Positions 9,390-19,114 of a stretch of DNA of 45,046 nucleotides are shown in pieces. The notes beneath the pieces are model-generated. The model saw only the letters and a list, made by a program, of their open reading frames with translations. It made no database searches and had not been told where the DNA came from. A program made the translations under genes and the position numbers. Position 1 is the stretch's first letter, and each line of letters starts with the position of its first letter. Source of the DNA: Candidatus Berkelbacteria bacterium (GTDB lineage Bacteria > Patescibacteriota > UBA1384 > 2-12-FULL-50-11); the NCBI GenBank assembly GCA_016432625.1, contig CP066697.1, positions 345,363-390,408 on the forward strand, in the 5' to 3' direction.

Positions 9390-9805
9390 TGCTATTACCA
9401 AAGAAGCTTAAACACCGCAAAATTCGCAAGGGCAGCTACGCTGGCCCGGCAACACGTGGTTTCAGCGTTGACTTTGGTGACTATGCTTTAAAAGCGATGG
9501 ATCGCGCCTGGTTAACCAGCCGTCAGATCGAGGCTGCGAGACGGGCAATGACACGGTACATTCGCCGTGGTGGTAAGATTTGGACCCGCGTCTTCCCACA
9601 TAAACCAGTCACATCTAAACCAGCTGAAGTTGGCATGGGTGGTGGTAAGGGCGCGCTGGACCATTTCGTGGCAGTTGTAAAACCCGGCACGATTATCTTT
9701 GAGCTCGGTGGCGTTGAGCAATCAATTGCGGCTGAAGCAATGCGTCTCGCTGCCCACAAATTACCCGTTAAAACCAAGTTCATCAGCAAGGAGCAGGAGA
9801 TCTAA
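9389..9805 (+). CDS. rplP: 50S ribosomal protein uL16
   Basis: [11 protein letters not shown]...[21 protein letters not shown]. Confidence 0.96.
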   Translation: MLLPKKLKHRKIRKGSYAGPATRGFSVDFGDYALKAMDRAWLTSRQIEAARRAMTRYIRRGGKIWTRVFPHKPVTSKPAEVGMGGGKGALDHFVAVVKPGTIIFELGGVEQSIAAEAMRLAAHKLPVKTKFISKEQEI

Positions 9806-10038
9806 TGGCTCATCGTCGTGATTTTATTAGCGAAACCAGAAGGATGACACCGCAACAGATTAGCGGTAAAATAAGCGAGAGCAAAAAACGCTTGCTGGAA
9901 ATTGACCAGGAAAAATTGCTCGGCAAACTAAAGAACGTTTCGTCCCGACGTTATTTAAAGCGGGAGATTGCCCAAATGATGACTATTCGTGACGAAAAAG
10001 TTTCTCAAGCGTTGCAGAAGGAGCCTCAAGATGCGTAA
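9805..10038 (+). CDS. rpmC: 50S ribosomal protein uL29
   Basis: Operon position. Short helical protein (KKRLLEIDQEKLLGKLKN..REIAQMMTI). Confidence 0.8.
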   Translation: MAHRRDFISETRRMTPQQISGKISESKKRLLEIDQEKLLGKLKNVSSRRYLKREIAQMMTIRDEKVSQALQKEPQDA

Positions 10039-10282
10039 GACAATGACCGGAATCGTTGTTTCGGACAAAATGCAGCTAACCGCTGTTGTCGCCGTGACAA
10101 CTCAAAAAATTCACCCAATAATCAAAAAGCGCTACAACAGAGACGCTCGCTTTATGGTTCATAACCCAGAAAACGCCTACAAAACTGGCGATAAGGTTGT
10201 AATCGCCGAAACGAAACCATTGAGTCGCCACAAAAACTGGGAGATCACTGGTTACGCCGACAAGGGACAAAAGGCCAAGTAA
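10031..10282 (+). CDS. rpsQ: 30S ribosomal protein uS17
   Basis: In-frame ATG 10031 after GGAG, inside track ORF 9989..10282. [20 protein letters not shown]...[16 protein letters not shown]. Confidence 0.92.
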   Translation: MRKTMTGIVVSDKMQLTAVVAVTTQKIHPIIKKRYNRDARFMVHNPENAYKTGDKVVIAETKPLSRHKNWEITGYADKGQKAK

Positions 10283-10650
10283 TGCTCCAATTACGAAGCC
10301 GCGTCAAAGTTGCTGATAACTCCGGAGCCCGTTTCGTCGGGATCATTAAGGTTATTCAGCAGGGAAAATCAGACGCTGCTGAGGTTGGGGACGTCGTTAT
10401 AGCTTCAGTCAAAGAAGCAATCCCCCGCGGAAATGTTAAGGCAAAAGAGGTTGTGCGAGCCGTGATTGTGCGCCAAACAAAACCATATCGACGTAAAGAC
10501 GGTTCAACTATTCGTTTTGACGATAACGCCGTGGTAATCATTAACCCTGACGGTACACCACGTGGTACACGTATTTTTGGCCCAATTGCTCGCGAAATCC
10601 GCGACAAGGGCTTATCTAAGATAGTCTCGCTAGCTCCGGAGGTACTCTAA
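10282..10650 (+). CDS. rplN: 50S ribosomal protein uL14
   Basis: [17 protein letters not shown]...[12 protein letters not shown]. Confidence 0.97.
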   Translation: MLQLRSRVKVADNSGARFVGIIKVIQQGKSDAAEVGDVVIASVKEAIPRGNVKAKEVVRAVIVRQTKPYRRKDGSTIRFDDNAVVIINPDGTPRGTRIFGPIAREIRDKGLSKIVSLAPEVL

Positions 10651-10651
10651 A

Positions 10652-10972
10652 ATGTCGAAAATAATTAAAGGCGACAAGGTACTAATTATTGCAGGCAAGG
10701 ATAAGGGTAAAACCGGCCTAGTTGATCGAGTATTACCGAAAAAACACAAAGTCGTAGTAGTCGGTGCCAATATGGCCAAAAAACACCTTAAAAAGTCGGC
10801 CAAGAACCCGCAAGGTGGCATCATCGACATCACTTTGCCTATTCATATTAGTAATGTTATGTTACTTGACCCGGCTCAGAACAAACCTACTAGAATCGGT
10901 TACGCCATTAAGGGTAGTGATAAGCAGCGAGTTTCGAAGCGAAGCGGCGACATTGTCCGACGAGAAAAATAA
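10652..10972 (+). CDS. rplX: 50S ribosomal protein uL24
   Basis: KOW motif IKGDKVLIIAGKDKGKTG. Operon position. Confidence 0.93.
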   Translation: MSKIIKGDKVLIIAGKDKGKTGLVDRVLPKKHKVVVVGANMAKKHLKKSAKNPQGGIIDITLPIHISNVMLLDPAQNKPTRIGYAIKGSDKQRVSKRSGDIVRREK

Positions 10973-10974
10973 CC

Positions 10975-11520
10975 ATGTCATTAATCGATTTCAAAGAGCG
11001 ATATAGCAAACAACGTCAGGATCTTACTGGCATCCTTGAGGTGGATAACGTTAATGCTTTGCCGAAATTGGCGAAAATTAGCGTCAACGTCGGTACTGGC
11101 CGTCTTCGAGGTAATAAGGATATGTTAGCCTACGTTGAAGGCGCGTTGAAGCAAATTACCGGCCAAAAGCCAGCTATCACCAAAGCGCGCAAGTCGATTG
11201 CTGGTTTCAAACTGCGCGAAGGCGAAGAAGTTGGCATGAGAGTGACGCTGCGCGGCGGTAAGATGTACGATTTTCTGAATCGTCTGATCAACGTTACCTT
11301 GCCGAGAATCCGTGAGTTCCGTGGCTTTGCTGCTAGCAGCTTCGACGCTCAGGGCAATTTAAATATCGGCCTCGGCGATACGTCTCCTTTTGCCGAGCTC
11401 GGCCACAGCGCCCTCGATAAGCCGTTCGGTATGTCAATCACACTCAATTTTCGTAATTCTAGCCGCGAGAAGTCGTTCAAACTACTTCAAACCCTTGGCT
11501 TACCTGTAAAAATCGACTAA
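10975..11520 (+). CDS. rplE: 50S ribosomal protein uL5
   Basis: ISVNVGTG...ITGQKPAITKARKSIAGFKLREGEEVG. Confidence 0.96.
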   Translation: MSLIDFKERYSKQRQDLTGILEVDNVNALPKLAKISVNVGTGRLRGNKDMLAYVEGALKQITGQKPAITKARKSIAGFKLREGEEVGMRVTLRGGKMYDFLNRLINVTLPRIREFRGFAASSFDAQGNLNIGLGDTSPFAELGHSALDKPFGMSITLNFRNSSREKSFKLLQTLGLPVKID

Positions 11521-11535
11521 AATTAATTGAATAAT

Positions 11536-11715
11536 ATGGCAAGCAAACGATTCACCACCAGGAAACCATCGAAGTTCAAGGTTAGACACGTTAACCGCTG
11601 TGCTTTGTGTGGCCGAAATCGCGGTTATTTGCGGGCTTTTGATATCTGTCGCATCTGTTTTCGTGAACGTGCCTCTAAGGGTGAAATTCCTGGTGTCAGA
11701 AAGGCTTCTTGGTAA
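11536..11715 (+). CDS. rpsN: 30S ribosomal protein uS14, zinc-binding type Z
   Basis: About 60 aa with a CALCGR...CRICFRE zinc ribbon and a terminal W. I prefer ATG 11536; the track uses TTG 11527. Confidence 0.93.
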   Translation: MASKRFTTRKPSKFKVRHVNRCALCGRNRGYLRAFDICRICFRERASKGEIPGVRKASW

Positions 11716-12086
11716 TGTTTACCGATATTGTTTCTGATTTAATTACACAAATCCGTAACGCCAGCGCTACCGGCAAGGAAGTTATCAATGTCCGTAGCTC
11801 TAAAGTTGTGGTGTCAATCGCCCAGCAGCTCAAAACGCTCGGTTTCATTCAGGGATTTGAGCAGTCAGGGTACATGCTGACAATTACCCTAGCTGAGGAT
11901 ACGCCAGTTTCTCATATCAAGCGTCTCAGTAAGCCAGGAATCCGTCGCTACGTTCGCTCCGCTGAAATTCCGACGCCACACAGCGGCTTAGGAACAGTTT
12001 TACTTTCAACGCCAAAAGGTGTGATGACCGGCAACCAAGCAAAAAAACAAAAGGTTGGCGGAGAATTAATCTGCGAGGTCTGGTAA
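11715..12086 (+). CDS. rpsH: 30S ribosomal protein uS8
   Basis: [16 protein letters not shown] start. The ATG overlaps the rpsN TAA (TAATG). The track starts at TTG 11709. Confidence 0.95.
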   Translation: MFTDIVSDLITQIRNASATGKEVINVRSSKVVVSIAQQLKTLGFIQGFEQSGYMLTITLAEDTPVSHIKRLSKPGIRRYVRSAEIPTPHSGLGTVLLSTPKGVMTGNQAKKQKVGGELICEVW

Positions 12087-12628
12087 TGTCACGAGTCGGA
12101 ATTCGTCCTATACCAGTAACAGAGGGTGTCAACGTCGAGTTAACTCCAACCAAGCTTACCGCACGCGGGAGTTTAGGCGTGCTTGAAGTAAATTTGCCGC
12201 ACGGTGTCATTGTTACGCAGAAAGAGAACCAAATTTTGGTTAACCGAATTAGCGACGCTAAGCCGCACAAAGCATTGCACGGCACGATCCGCAATTTAAT
12301 CCGTAACGCTATCGTTGGGGTCTCAGCCGGTTTCGAGAAACGTCTTGAGCTGGTTGGTATCGGTTATAGGGCTGCTATAGAAGGGCCGGAGCTAGTTTTA
12401 CAAGTAGGCTTCACCCATTCAGTAAAAATGCCCGTTCCAGAGGGTCTCCAGGTCAAAATTGAAAAAAATATCATCAGTATTTCCGGAGCCGATAAGCAAA
12501 AACTCGGTCAATTCTGCGCTGAAATTCGCGCCGTCAGGCCGCCGGAGCCATATAAAGGCAAAGGTATCCGCTACCAGGGCGAACAGGTACGTATGAAACA
12601 AGGTAAAGCCGTAAAGGCGGGAGCGTAA
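12086..12628 (+). CDS. rplF: 50S ribosomal protein uL6
   Basis: MSRVGIRPIPV... with two uL6 repeats. Operon position. Confidence 0.95.
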   Translation: MSRVGIRPIPVTEGVNVELTPTKLTARGSLGVLEVNLPHGVIVTQKENQILVNRISDAKPHKALHGTIRNLIRNAIVGVSAGFEKRLELVGIGYRAAIEGPELVLQVGFTHSVKMPVPEGLQVKIEKNIISISGADKQKLGQFCAEIRAVRPPEPYKGKGIRYQGEQVRMKQGKAVKAGA

Positions 12629-12629
12629 T

Positions 12630-12965
12630 ATGACTGCCCTTGAACGCAGAATGCGCATCAAAACCAAACTCCGACACACTGTTGTTGGTGACGCTAAGCG
12701 CCCACGCTTAACAGTTTTTCGTAGTTTGAATCAGGTTTATGCCCAGTTAATTGATGACGCAACTGGAAAAACTCTCGTCGCCGCCAATTCGTTAAAATCT
12801 AGCGGCAGCCTCAGTCTGAAAGCCAAAGCTGTCGGTACCGAAATAGCAAAACTCGCCAAGGATGCCAAAATCAGTACGGCAGTCTTCGATCGTGCTGGTT
12901 TTGCTTATTCAGGAGCAGTTAAAGCACTTTGTGAAGCAGCGCGCGAGGCAGGATTAAAGATTTAA
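12630..12965 (+). CDS. rplR: 50S ribosomal protein uL18
   Basis: RPRLTVFRSLNQVYAQLIDD and FDRAGFAYSGAVKALCEAAREAGLKI. Confidence 0.95.
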   Translation: MTALERRMRIKTKLRHTVVGDAKRPRLTVFRSLNQVYAQLIDDATGKTLVAANSLKSSGSLSLKAKAVGTEIAKLAKDAKISTAVFDRAGFAYSGAVKALCEAAREAGLKI

Positions 12966-12972
12966 GGAGATC

Positions 12973-13488
12973 ATGACACGAGACGAAACCAAAGAAATTC
13001 TGGAAGAAACCACTGTCAGCGCTCCCGAGCCGTCGTTTGACCATAAAGTAATTGCTATTGATCGCATATCGCGCACTGTTGCTGGTGGTCGCCGTATTCG
13101 CTTCCGAGCGATGGTGGTTGTTGGCAACCTTAGCGGCAAAGTAGGTGTTGCTACTGCCAAGGCCAATGACGTTCAGGGCGCTATCGCCAAAGCAACTAAC
13201 GCTGCCATGAAAACGGTGATTGTTGTTCCGTTAACTAACGACACAATCCCACATCAGGTCAGTTACACATTCGGAACGACTGCGGTATTACTCAAACCAG
13301 CTCCGAAGGGGCACTCCATTATTGCCGGCGGCGCGGTTCGACCTGTTTTGGAATTGGCCGGTGTTAAAAATATCGTTAGTAAGGCTCTTGGTAGCAGCAA
13401 CACCTTAAATAGCGCCATGGCCACGTATCATGCACTGAAAATTCTTAAAGCCCGCAATACGTTCGTCACACAAAGAGGAAAATCATGA
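12973..13488 (+). CDS. rpsE: 30S ribosomal protein uS5
   Basis: [33 protein letters not shown]. Confidence 0.96.
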   Translation: MTRDETKEILEETTVSAPEPSFDHKVIAIDRISRTVAGGRRIRFRAMVVVGNLSGKVGVATAKANDVQGAIAKATNAAMKTVIVVPLTNDTIPHQVSYTFGTTAVLLKPAPKGHSIIAGGAVRPVLELAGVKNIVSKALGSSNTLNSAMATYHALKILKARNTFVTQRGKS

Positions 13489-13904
13489 GCCTAACTGAAC
13501 TCTTTAAAGGCGAGCATCACAAAAAGGCTAAACGGGTTGGACGTGGCATTTCCGCTGGCGGCGGTAAAACTGCTGGTCGTGGTACGAAAGGACAGAAATC
13601 TCGTACTGGTTCTAACTCCAAAATAAGCCCGTGGTTTGAAGGTGGTCAAACGCCGCTATGGCGAAAAATGCCAAAAGTCAGAGGTTTTCGCCACAAGGTC
13701 AAACGGCCGTACGTCTTAACTACCGACCTGGTAAACCGTTTCTATAAAGAAGGGGAAGTTGTTTCCCCGGCGACGATTGTTGAGAAGAATATCGCTCGCA
13801 AAACCGAACTTACAAGCGGCGTTAAGCTTATCAAGGGTCAAGACCTGAAGGTTACCGTCACGTTTGATTCAATTAAAGTTTCAAAGTCCCTACAAAAATC
13901 ATGA
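13485..13904 (+). CDS. rplO: 50S ribosomal protein uL15
   Basis: [22 protein letters not shown]. Overlaps the rpsE stop by 4 nt, leaving no room for rpmD. Confidence 0.95.
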   Translation: MSLTELFKGEHHKKAKRVGRGISAGGGKTAGRGTKGQKSRTGSNSKISPWFEGGQTPLWRKMPKVRGFRHKVKRPYVLTTDLVNRFYKEGEVVSPATIVEKNIARKTELTSGVKLIKGQDLKVTVTFDSIKVSKSLQKS

Positions 13905-13980
13905 TTCAGTTTCAGGGTGGGGGCGCCTGGGACGAACAGCTTGAGGAGCTTGGTGCGGATATGATACGACTTAGCTAACA

Positions 13981-15261
13981 ATGTGGGAAACAATTCTTCA
14001 GGTTTTTAAGAGCCGGGATCTACGCAACAAAATCTTCTTCACGCTCTTTATACTTGCTTTAGTCAGAGTTATCGCTCATATTCCGCTTCCCCAGATCGAT
14101 CGTGAGCAACTGTCACAATTCCTTGGTCAATCTGAGAACCAAATATTTGGTGTACTTAGCTTGTTTACCGGGGGTGCGTTGTCGCAGCTTTCGATCGACC
14201 TACTAGGCGTTGGGCCGTATATTACCGGCTCGATCATCGTTCAGCTTCTAACTAAGGCCATACCTGCCTGGGACGCGATGAGCAAAGAGGGCGGTTCTGA
14301 GCGGGAAAAGCTGAACCAATACAGTCGTTATTTGACCGTTCCGCTAGCTGTAGTACAAGGCTACGGCATGATCGCCCTGCTGAAGAGCCAGAACGTGCTT
14401 ACCAATATCGGTGGACAAGAGATGTTTCTAATTCTGCTTGCCTTAACTGTTACCAGTGTCTTCGTGATGTGGTTAGGCGAATTAATCTCGGAGAAGGGGA
14501 TAGGGAACGGCATTTCGTTAATTATTGCCCTTGGGATCGTTGCTGGCTTGCCGCAACAGCTTGTGAATACCGCCAATACTTTTGAGTCGGGCGCTGTCAT
14601 AAGCGTGCTTATTTTCGCCGCCATCGCTCTACTTACCATCGCGGTTATTATCTTCATCAATGAAGCCGAACGGAAAATTCCGGTTACCTACGCCAAGCGT
14701 TCAGCCGGTCCGATCGGCGGTTTAGGTTCGCCGGTGGATAGCTACTTGCCGCTTCGAGTCAACACGGCTGGCGTCGTACCGATTATTTTTGCTTTAAGTT
14801 TTCTAACCTTCCCCGCTGTCGCTGCCCGATTCTTAAGTACGGCCAAATCGGAGTCTTTGGTCGATTTTTCGAATAAAGTTACCGCATTTGTTGGTAACGA
14901 CACGTACTACGCGATTATGTACGCTGTGCTGGTTTTTGTTTTCACCTTTTTCTACACGTATATCATTATCGAGCCTAAACAACTGGCAGAAAATTTGCAG
15001 AAACAGAGTGGATTTATTCCAGGAGTTAGGCCCGGAACAGAAACCGCACAGTTCCTGAAATATACGATTAGTCGAATTACAGTCATTGGCGCTATTTTCT
15101 TAGCAGTGATTGCTGTGCTGCCGACTATACTGCAAGGCACGCTAAATATGCCGTCGCTGGTGATTGGCGGCACTAGCGTCTTAATCGTGGTTTCAGTTGT
15201 GATCGACACCAGTCGTCAGTTAGCCGGCCAAATCTCGCTAAGACGTTACGACACTGTTTAA
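13981..15261 (+). CDS. secY: Preprotein translocase subunit SecY
   Basis: 426 aa with about 10 TM segments. LFTGGALSQLSI..LGVGPYITGSIIVQLL and GISLIIALGIV motifs. Operon position. Confidence 0.96.
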   Translation: MWETILQVFKSRDLRNKIFFTLFILALVRVIAHIPLPQIDREQLSQFLGQSENQIFGVLSLFTGGALSQLSIDLLGVGPYITGSIIVQLLTKAIPAWDAMSKEGGSEREKLNQYSRYLTVPLAVVQGYGMIALLKSQNVLTNIGGQEMFLILLALTVTSVFVMWLGELISEKGIGNGISLIIALGIVAGLPQQLVNTANTFESGAVISVLIFAAIALLTIAVIIFINEAERKIPVTYAKRSAGPIGGLGSPVDSYLPLRVNTAGVVPIIFALSFLTFPAVAARFLSTAKSESLVDFSNKVTAFVGNDTYYAIMYAVLVFVFTFFYTYIIIEPKQLAENLQKQSGFIPGVRPGTETAQFLKYTISRITVIGAIFLAVIAVLPTILQGTLNMPSLVIGGTSVLIVVSVVIDTSRQLAGQISLRRYDTV

Positions 15262-15285
15262 AAGCCTCATGATACAATCCGATTG

Positions 15286-15972
15286 ATGAGCGCCTCACCC
15301 TTAACCCTTTTCGTGGTTCTTATTGTGTTCGGTTTCTTGAGCGGTTCAACGTTATATTTCTACAATAAGAGTGGCTCGAGTAAAAGTAAGAATAGCGCCG
15401 AACCTACTTTCCAAGCCGATTCTCTCCCACAAGAACAGTCGAGCGGTCCGGACAAAATTGACGGTTTAACCGCTCCGGCTGAACCAAAAGGCCGGCTAAG
15501 CTACCCGTCAAACGTTTATAAAGTTCAGCCGAAAGAATCACTATTTGCGATTGGTGAGAAGATGGGCGTTTCGTGGCTCATTGTTAAAGCTGCAAACGGT
15601 TTAAAGGATGAGAACTTAATACAGGCTGATTATCCGCTCGCGATACCTAAATTGAGTCGCGAGACCGACTACTACCGGGTCAATTTCACGTTGAACGAAG
15701 AGAAGGCTTCCGAGCTTAATAGAGAGCTCCGTGACAAGGATTCGAGCGAGTGGTACGACCCAGTTGCAGTTGTGAAGAAGAACGCTGTGCCGTATTTTAA
15801 TATTGACGAAAATGATCAAATGAAACTTATGGAGGCAGATTACTCGCGTGGCACGGCCTTAGTTGAAGCTAAGGGCGAGGGGAAACTCAACTATATCGGC
15901 CTAGTTCAACCTAAAACTAAAGGACAAAAAGGCCTGTGGGTGCTGCTCTATGTGGAAAGCAGGAGCGAATGA
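15286..15972 (+). CDS. Membrane-anchored LysM-domain protein
   Basis: N-terminal TM helix (PLTLFVVLIVFGFLSG), a low-complexity linker, and a LysM motif YKVQPKESLFAIGEKMGVSWLIVKAANGLKDENLIQADYPLAIP. I prefer ATG 15286; the track uses TTG 15283. Confidence 0.7.
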   Translation: MSASPLTLFVVLIVFGFLSGSTLYFYNKSGSSKSKNSAEPTFQADSLPQEQSSGPDKIDGLTAPAEPKGRLSYPSNVYKVQPKESLFAIGEKMGVSWLIVKAANGLKDENLIQADYPLAIPKLSRETDYYRVNFTLNEEKASELNRELRDKDSSEWYDPVAVVKKNAVPYFNIDENDQMKLMEADYSRGTALVEAKGEGKLNYIGLVQPKTKGQKGLWVLLYVESRSE

Positions 15973-16565
15973 AATATTTGGTTATTGTCAGCGGTCCGCA
16001 AGGCTCAGGCAAAACTACCCAGGCTGAGATGGTGGCGAAAAAATTCGACATGGCCTTATTTGAGGCTGGGAAGCAACTGCGTGCGTATGTCGCCGCCAAA
16101 AAGCCGGGATCGGATGATATTGAGTCTGCCATGGAAAAAGGAGTACTTGTACCGCACCACTACTTGAACAGGCTCTTCGTTAACTTTACCGAAGAAAATA
16201 GCGCTCGGGCCGGACTTGTTTCTGATGGCTTCCCTCGTTCATTGGAACAATGGGGTACTGTCCAGGAAGTGATTGAGTCGTCGGGCATGAAGGTTATTGG
16301 AGTTTTCGTCAATCTTCGTCAGGAAACGGCGTTGGAGCGTATAAGAAAACGAACCGAAACCCTAAACGGGCAGGTCGTGCACCGCGCCGATGATACGGAG
16401 GAGGCATTAAAACAACGATTTGCCACCTACCACGCCGAAACAATACCGGTGCTTGAGTTCATACGAGAGCATCACCGACTGCTTGAAGTTGACGGCTCAG
16501 GTTCTGTCGAGCAAGTAAGTGAGGATATAATAGAACAACTCGAGCCGTTACTTAATGGATCCTAA
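15969..16565 (+). CDS. adk: Adenylate kinase (short type)
   Basis: In-frame ATG after AGGAG, inside track ORF 15936..16565. P-loop VIVSGPQGSGKTTQAEMVAKKF...DGFPRSLEQ. ATGA overlap with the LysM gene stop. Confidence 0.88.
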   Translation: MKYLVIVSGPQGSGKTTQAEMVAKKFDMALFEAGKQLRAYVAAKKPGSDDIESAMEKGVLVPHHYLNRLFVNFTEENSARAGLVSDGFPRSLEQWGTVQEVIESSGMKVIGVFVNLRQETALERIRKRTETLNGQVVHRADDTEEALKQRFATYHAETIPVLEFIREHHRLLEVDGSGSVEQVSEDIIEQLEPLLNGS

Positions 16566-17310
16566 GAAATTAGCTAAACAGCAACAAGCCGGCCTCGTCG
16601 CGTACGATTTTTTTGAAGAGCTAAATAGCTTTATCAAACCTGGACGAAATCTACTTGAAATTGAGGTTCTGGCAAACAAACGGATTAAAGAGGCGGGTTT
16701 CAAGCCCGCTTTCTTGGGCTACAAAGGCTACCCAGCGACAACCTGCCTATCGGTTAATTCAGCCATCGTTCATGGGATTCCGTATGACTACGAACTTGAT
16801 GATGGTGATGTTGTAGCGGTTGATATCGGTATCAACAACGATGGCATGCTAGTCGATACGGCACGTACATACGGCGTCGGTAAGATCACTACCACCAACC
16901 AACGGCTTATCGACACTACGCGAATTGCGCTCGAGGAAGCGGTTAAACTATGCCGACCAGGTCATACTACAGGTGATATCGGCGCGTGCGTACAAGGAAT
17001 TGTCGAGAAAGCGGGATTCGCTGTGATCGAAGAGCTGACCGGGCACGGCGTCGGCACCACGCTTCAAGAGGCGCCCACCGTACCCAACTACGGTCGTCCA
17101 GGACAGGGAGTAGCGCTCCAGGCCGGTATGGTAATTGCCGTCGAGCCTATCACAGCTATTCGCGACGTGAAGGTAGTTATTCTTGCCGACGGTTGGACTG
17201 TTGCCGCGAAAGAGGACGTGGTTACGGCTCATTTTGAGCATACCATTCTAATTACAGAGGATGAGCCCGTAGTTCTCAGCGCCCCCGTTGAAAAAACGAG
17301 CAAGAAATGA
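16555..17310 (+). CDS. map: Methionine aminopeptidase type I
   Basis: SVNSAIVHGIP...GDVVAVDIG...DTARTY...GHGVG...VIAVEP...HFEHTILIT metal-ligand pattern. Confidence 0.94.
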   Translation: MDPKKLAKQQQAGLVAYDFFEELNSFIKPGRNLLEIEVLANKRIKEAGFKPAFLGYKGYPATTCLSVNSAIVHGIPYDYELDDGDVVAVDIGINNDGMLVDTARTYGVGKITTTNQRLIDTTRIALEEAVKLCRPGHTTGDIGACVQGIVEKAGFAVIEELTGHGVGTTLQEAPTVPNYGRPGQGVALQAGMVIAVEPITAIRDVKVVILADGWTVAAKEDVVTAHFEHTILITEDEPVVLSAPVEKTSKK

Positions 17311-17381
17311 CATACTATCAACAGATGTCCAACAACGAAATGTCCCGGATTGTTTTTCCGAGTCCGCGATTGTGCTCCTGA

Positions 17382-17600
17382 ATGGAAAAAGAAGGTGTCA
17401 TTGCCGTTGACGGACAGGTAGACGAAGCGCTACCAAATACCCAATTCCGCATTACGTTGGATAACGGTCAGGGTGTTTTAGGTTACGTTTCAGGAAAAAT
17501 TAGAAAACACCGTATCAAAATCCTACCTGGAGACAGGGTAACGGTCGAACTCAGTCCTTACGATCTTACTAAGGGCAGAATTACGCGCCGTCTAACCTAG
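17382..17600 (+). CDS. infA: Translation initiation factor IF-1
   Basis: [60 protein letters not shown]. Confidence 0.96.
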   Translation: MEKEGVIAVDGQVDEALPNTQFRITLDNGQGVLGYVSGKIRKHRIKILPGDRVTVELSPYDLTKGRITRRLT

Positions 17601-17667
17601 AACCAGGGCTGACAAATAGGGATATTTAAGGTAAAATCTTATTTAGGAAGCTCACTTATACTAATTA

Positions 17668-17781
17668 ATGAAAGTTCATGCAGGTACAAAAAAACGTTGC
17701 TCAAAGTGTAAAACCGTCCGTCGACGGGGCGTACTTTATGTTATCTGCCAGAATCCACGTCATAAGCAGCGTCAAGGTTAA
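17668..17781 (+). CDS. rpmJ: 50S ribosomal protein bL36
   Basis: Not in the track (37 aa). My own translation is [37 protein letters not shown], followed by TAA at 17779-17781. Confidence 0.92.
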   Translation: MKVHAGTKKRCSKCKTVRRRGVLYVICQNPRHKQRQG

Positions 17782-17784
17782 AAT

Positions 17785-18171
17785 ATGCCACGAATTGCCG
17801 GTGTGAATATTCCAGATAACAAACGAGTCGAGATTGGCTTAGGGTATGTCTACGGCGTCGGTCCCTCAAACGGCAAAACTATTCTCGAAAAAGCTGGCAT
17901 CAAGGCCAATCCGAAGTTTTCTGAGCTCAACGAGACCGAGATTGATAAGATTCGTACCATTGTTGAAAAAGAATACACAGTTGAGGGCGATTTACGTCAG
18001 GTCGTGAGCCAAAATGTCAGGAGATTAAAAGATATTAACAGCTATCGCGGCGTTCGCCATCGACGTAATTTACCGGTACACGGACAGCGTACCAAAACAA
18101 ACGCTCGTACGAAACGCGGCAAACGGGTTACTGTTGGTAGCGGAAAGCGTAAAGCCGCAGACAAGACTTAA
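17785..18171 (+). CDS. rpsM: 30S ribosomal protein uS13
   Basis: MPRIAGVNIPDNKRVEIGLGYVYGVG...YRGVRHRRNLPVHGQRTKTNARTKRG. Confidence 0.97.
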   Translation: MPRIAGVNIPDNKRVEIGLGYVYGVGPSNGKTILEKAGIKANPKFSELNETEIDKIRTIVEKEYTVEGDLRQVVSQNVRRLKDINSYRGVRHRRNLPVHGQRTKTNARTKRGKRVTVGSGKRKAADKT

Positions 18172-18173
18172 AA

Positions 18174-18575
18174 ATGGCAACTAAAACCCAGAAATCAGCT
18201 CCAAAATCCCGTAAACCTGTTGAAAAAGTCGAAGAAATTCGTCTCTCAATTCACGCTTCATTTAATAACACAATTATTACCGCCAGTTCTTTTCGTACGG
18301 GTCGAGTTCTTGGTTGGGCTTCATCAGGAGGTTCGGGCTTCAAAGGGACAAAAAAAGGCACGCCGTATGCCGCTGGCATCGCGATGAAGAACCTACTTGA
18401 TAAAATCGCCCCCTACGAGCCGCAATTAGCTCACGTCTTCGTCTCCGGCGCCGGAAATGGCCGCGACGCTGCCCTGCGAGCGATCGTTGGCACTGGTCTA
18501 AAGACCGTTGAGATCAAAGACGTCACCCCGTTACCACATAACGGTTGCCGTCCTAAGAAAGCCCGAAGGGTTTAA
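18174..18575 (+). CDS. rpsK: 30S ribosomal protein uS11
   Basis: IHASFNNTIITAS...GFKGTKKGTPYAA...KDVTPLPHNGCRPKKARRV. Confidence 0.97.
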   Translation: MATKTQKSAPKSRKPVEKVEEIRLSIHASFNNTIITASSFRTGRVLGWASSGGSGFKGTKKGTPYAAGIAMKNLLDKIAPYEPQLAHVFVSGAGNGRDAALRAIVGTGLKTVEIKDVTPLPHNGCRPKKARRV

Positions 18576-18579
18576 TCAG

Positions 18580-19071
18580 ATGCCAATTCAAAAGCCACAA
18601 TCCCGACAGAAGAAAATAAGCGAGTACGGCTCGCAGTTACAAGAGAAACAGCGTCTCCGTAACAATTACGGTCTACGAGAGAAACAGTTTCGCCGCTACT
18701 TCGAAACAGCCACAAAACAGCACGGTCAAACTGGCCGAGCATTGCTTGAATCATTGGAGCGTCGTATTGATAACGTCCTTTTCCGGGCTGGGTTTGCCCT
18801 CAGCAGAGCTCACGCTCGTCAACTTGTTGGACACCGCCACTTCAGACTAAACGGTGTACGCGTTGATATTCCTTCTATTTCCGTTAAAGCAGGTGATGTA
18901 ATTGAGCCGCACGACAAGGGGTTGGTTCAGCTTAGGCCTGAAACTGTCGAACTTGACTGGTTGGACGTCGACAAAAAGGCGCTAAAAATTACCGTAAAAT
19001 CCCTGCCGACAGAAACTGAGCTACCGATTGAGTTTGATACGCAGAAGGTAATTGAGTTTTACTCCAGGTAA
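18580..19071 (+). CDS. rpsD: 30S ribosomal protein uS4, N-terminally short (163 aa)
   Basis: In-frame ATG 18580, 4 nt after the rpsK stop. SEYGSQLQEKQRLRNNYGLREKQFRRYF...LERRIDNVLFRAGFALSRAHARQLVGHRHFRLNG (S4 domain)...VIEFYSR. The track extension to 18508 overlaps rpsK and is not S4-like. Confidence 0.9.
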   Translation: MPIQKPQSRQKKISEYGSQLQEKQRLRNNYGLREKQFRRYFETATKQHGQTGRALLESLERRIDNVLFRAGFALSRAHARQLVGHRHFRLNGVRVDIPSISVKAGDVIEPHDKGLVQLRPETVELDWLDVDKKALKITVKSLPTETELPIEFDTQKVIEFYSR

Positions 19072-19114
19072 GATGGAACGTTTCAAACTCACTTCTCAAG
19101 CTCAAGCTATCGCA

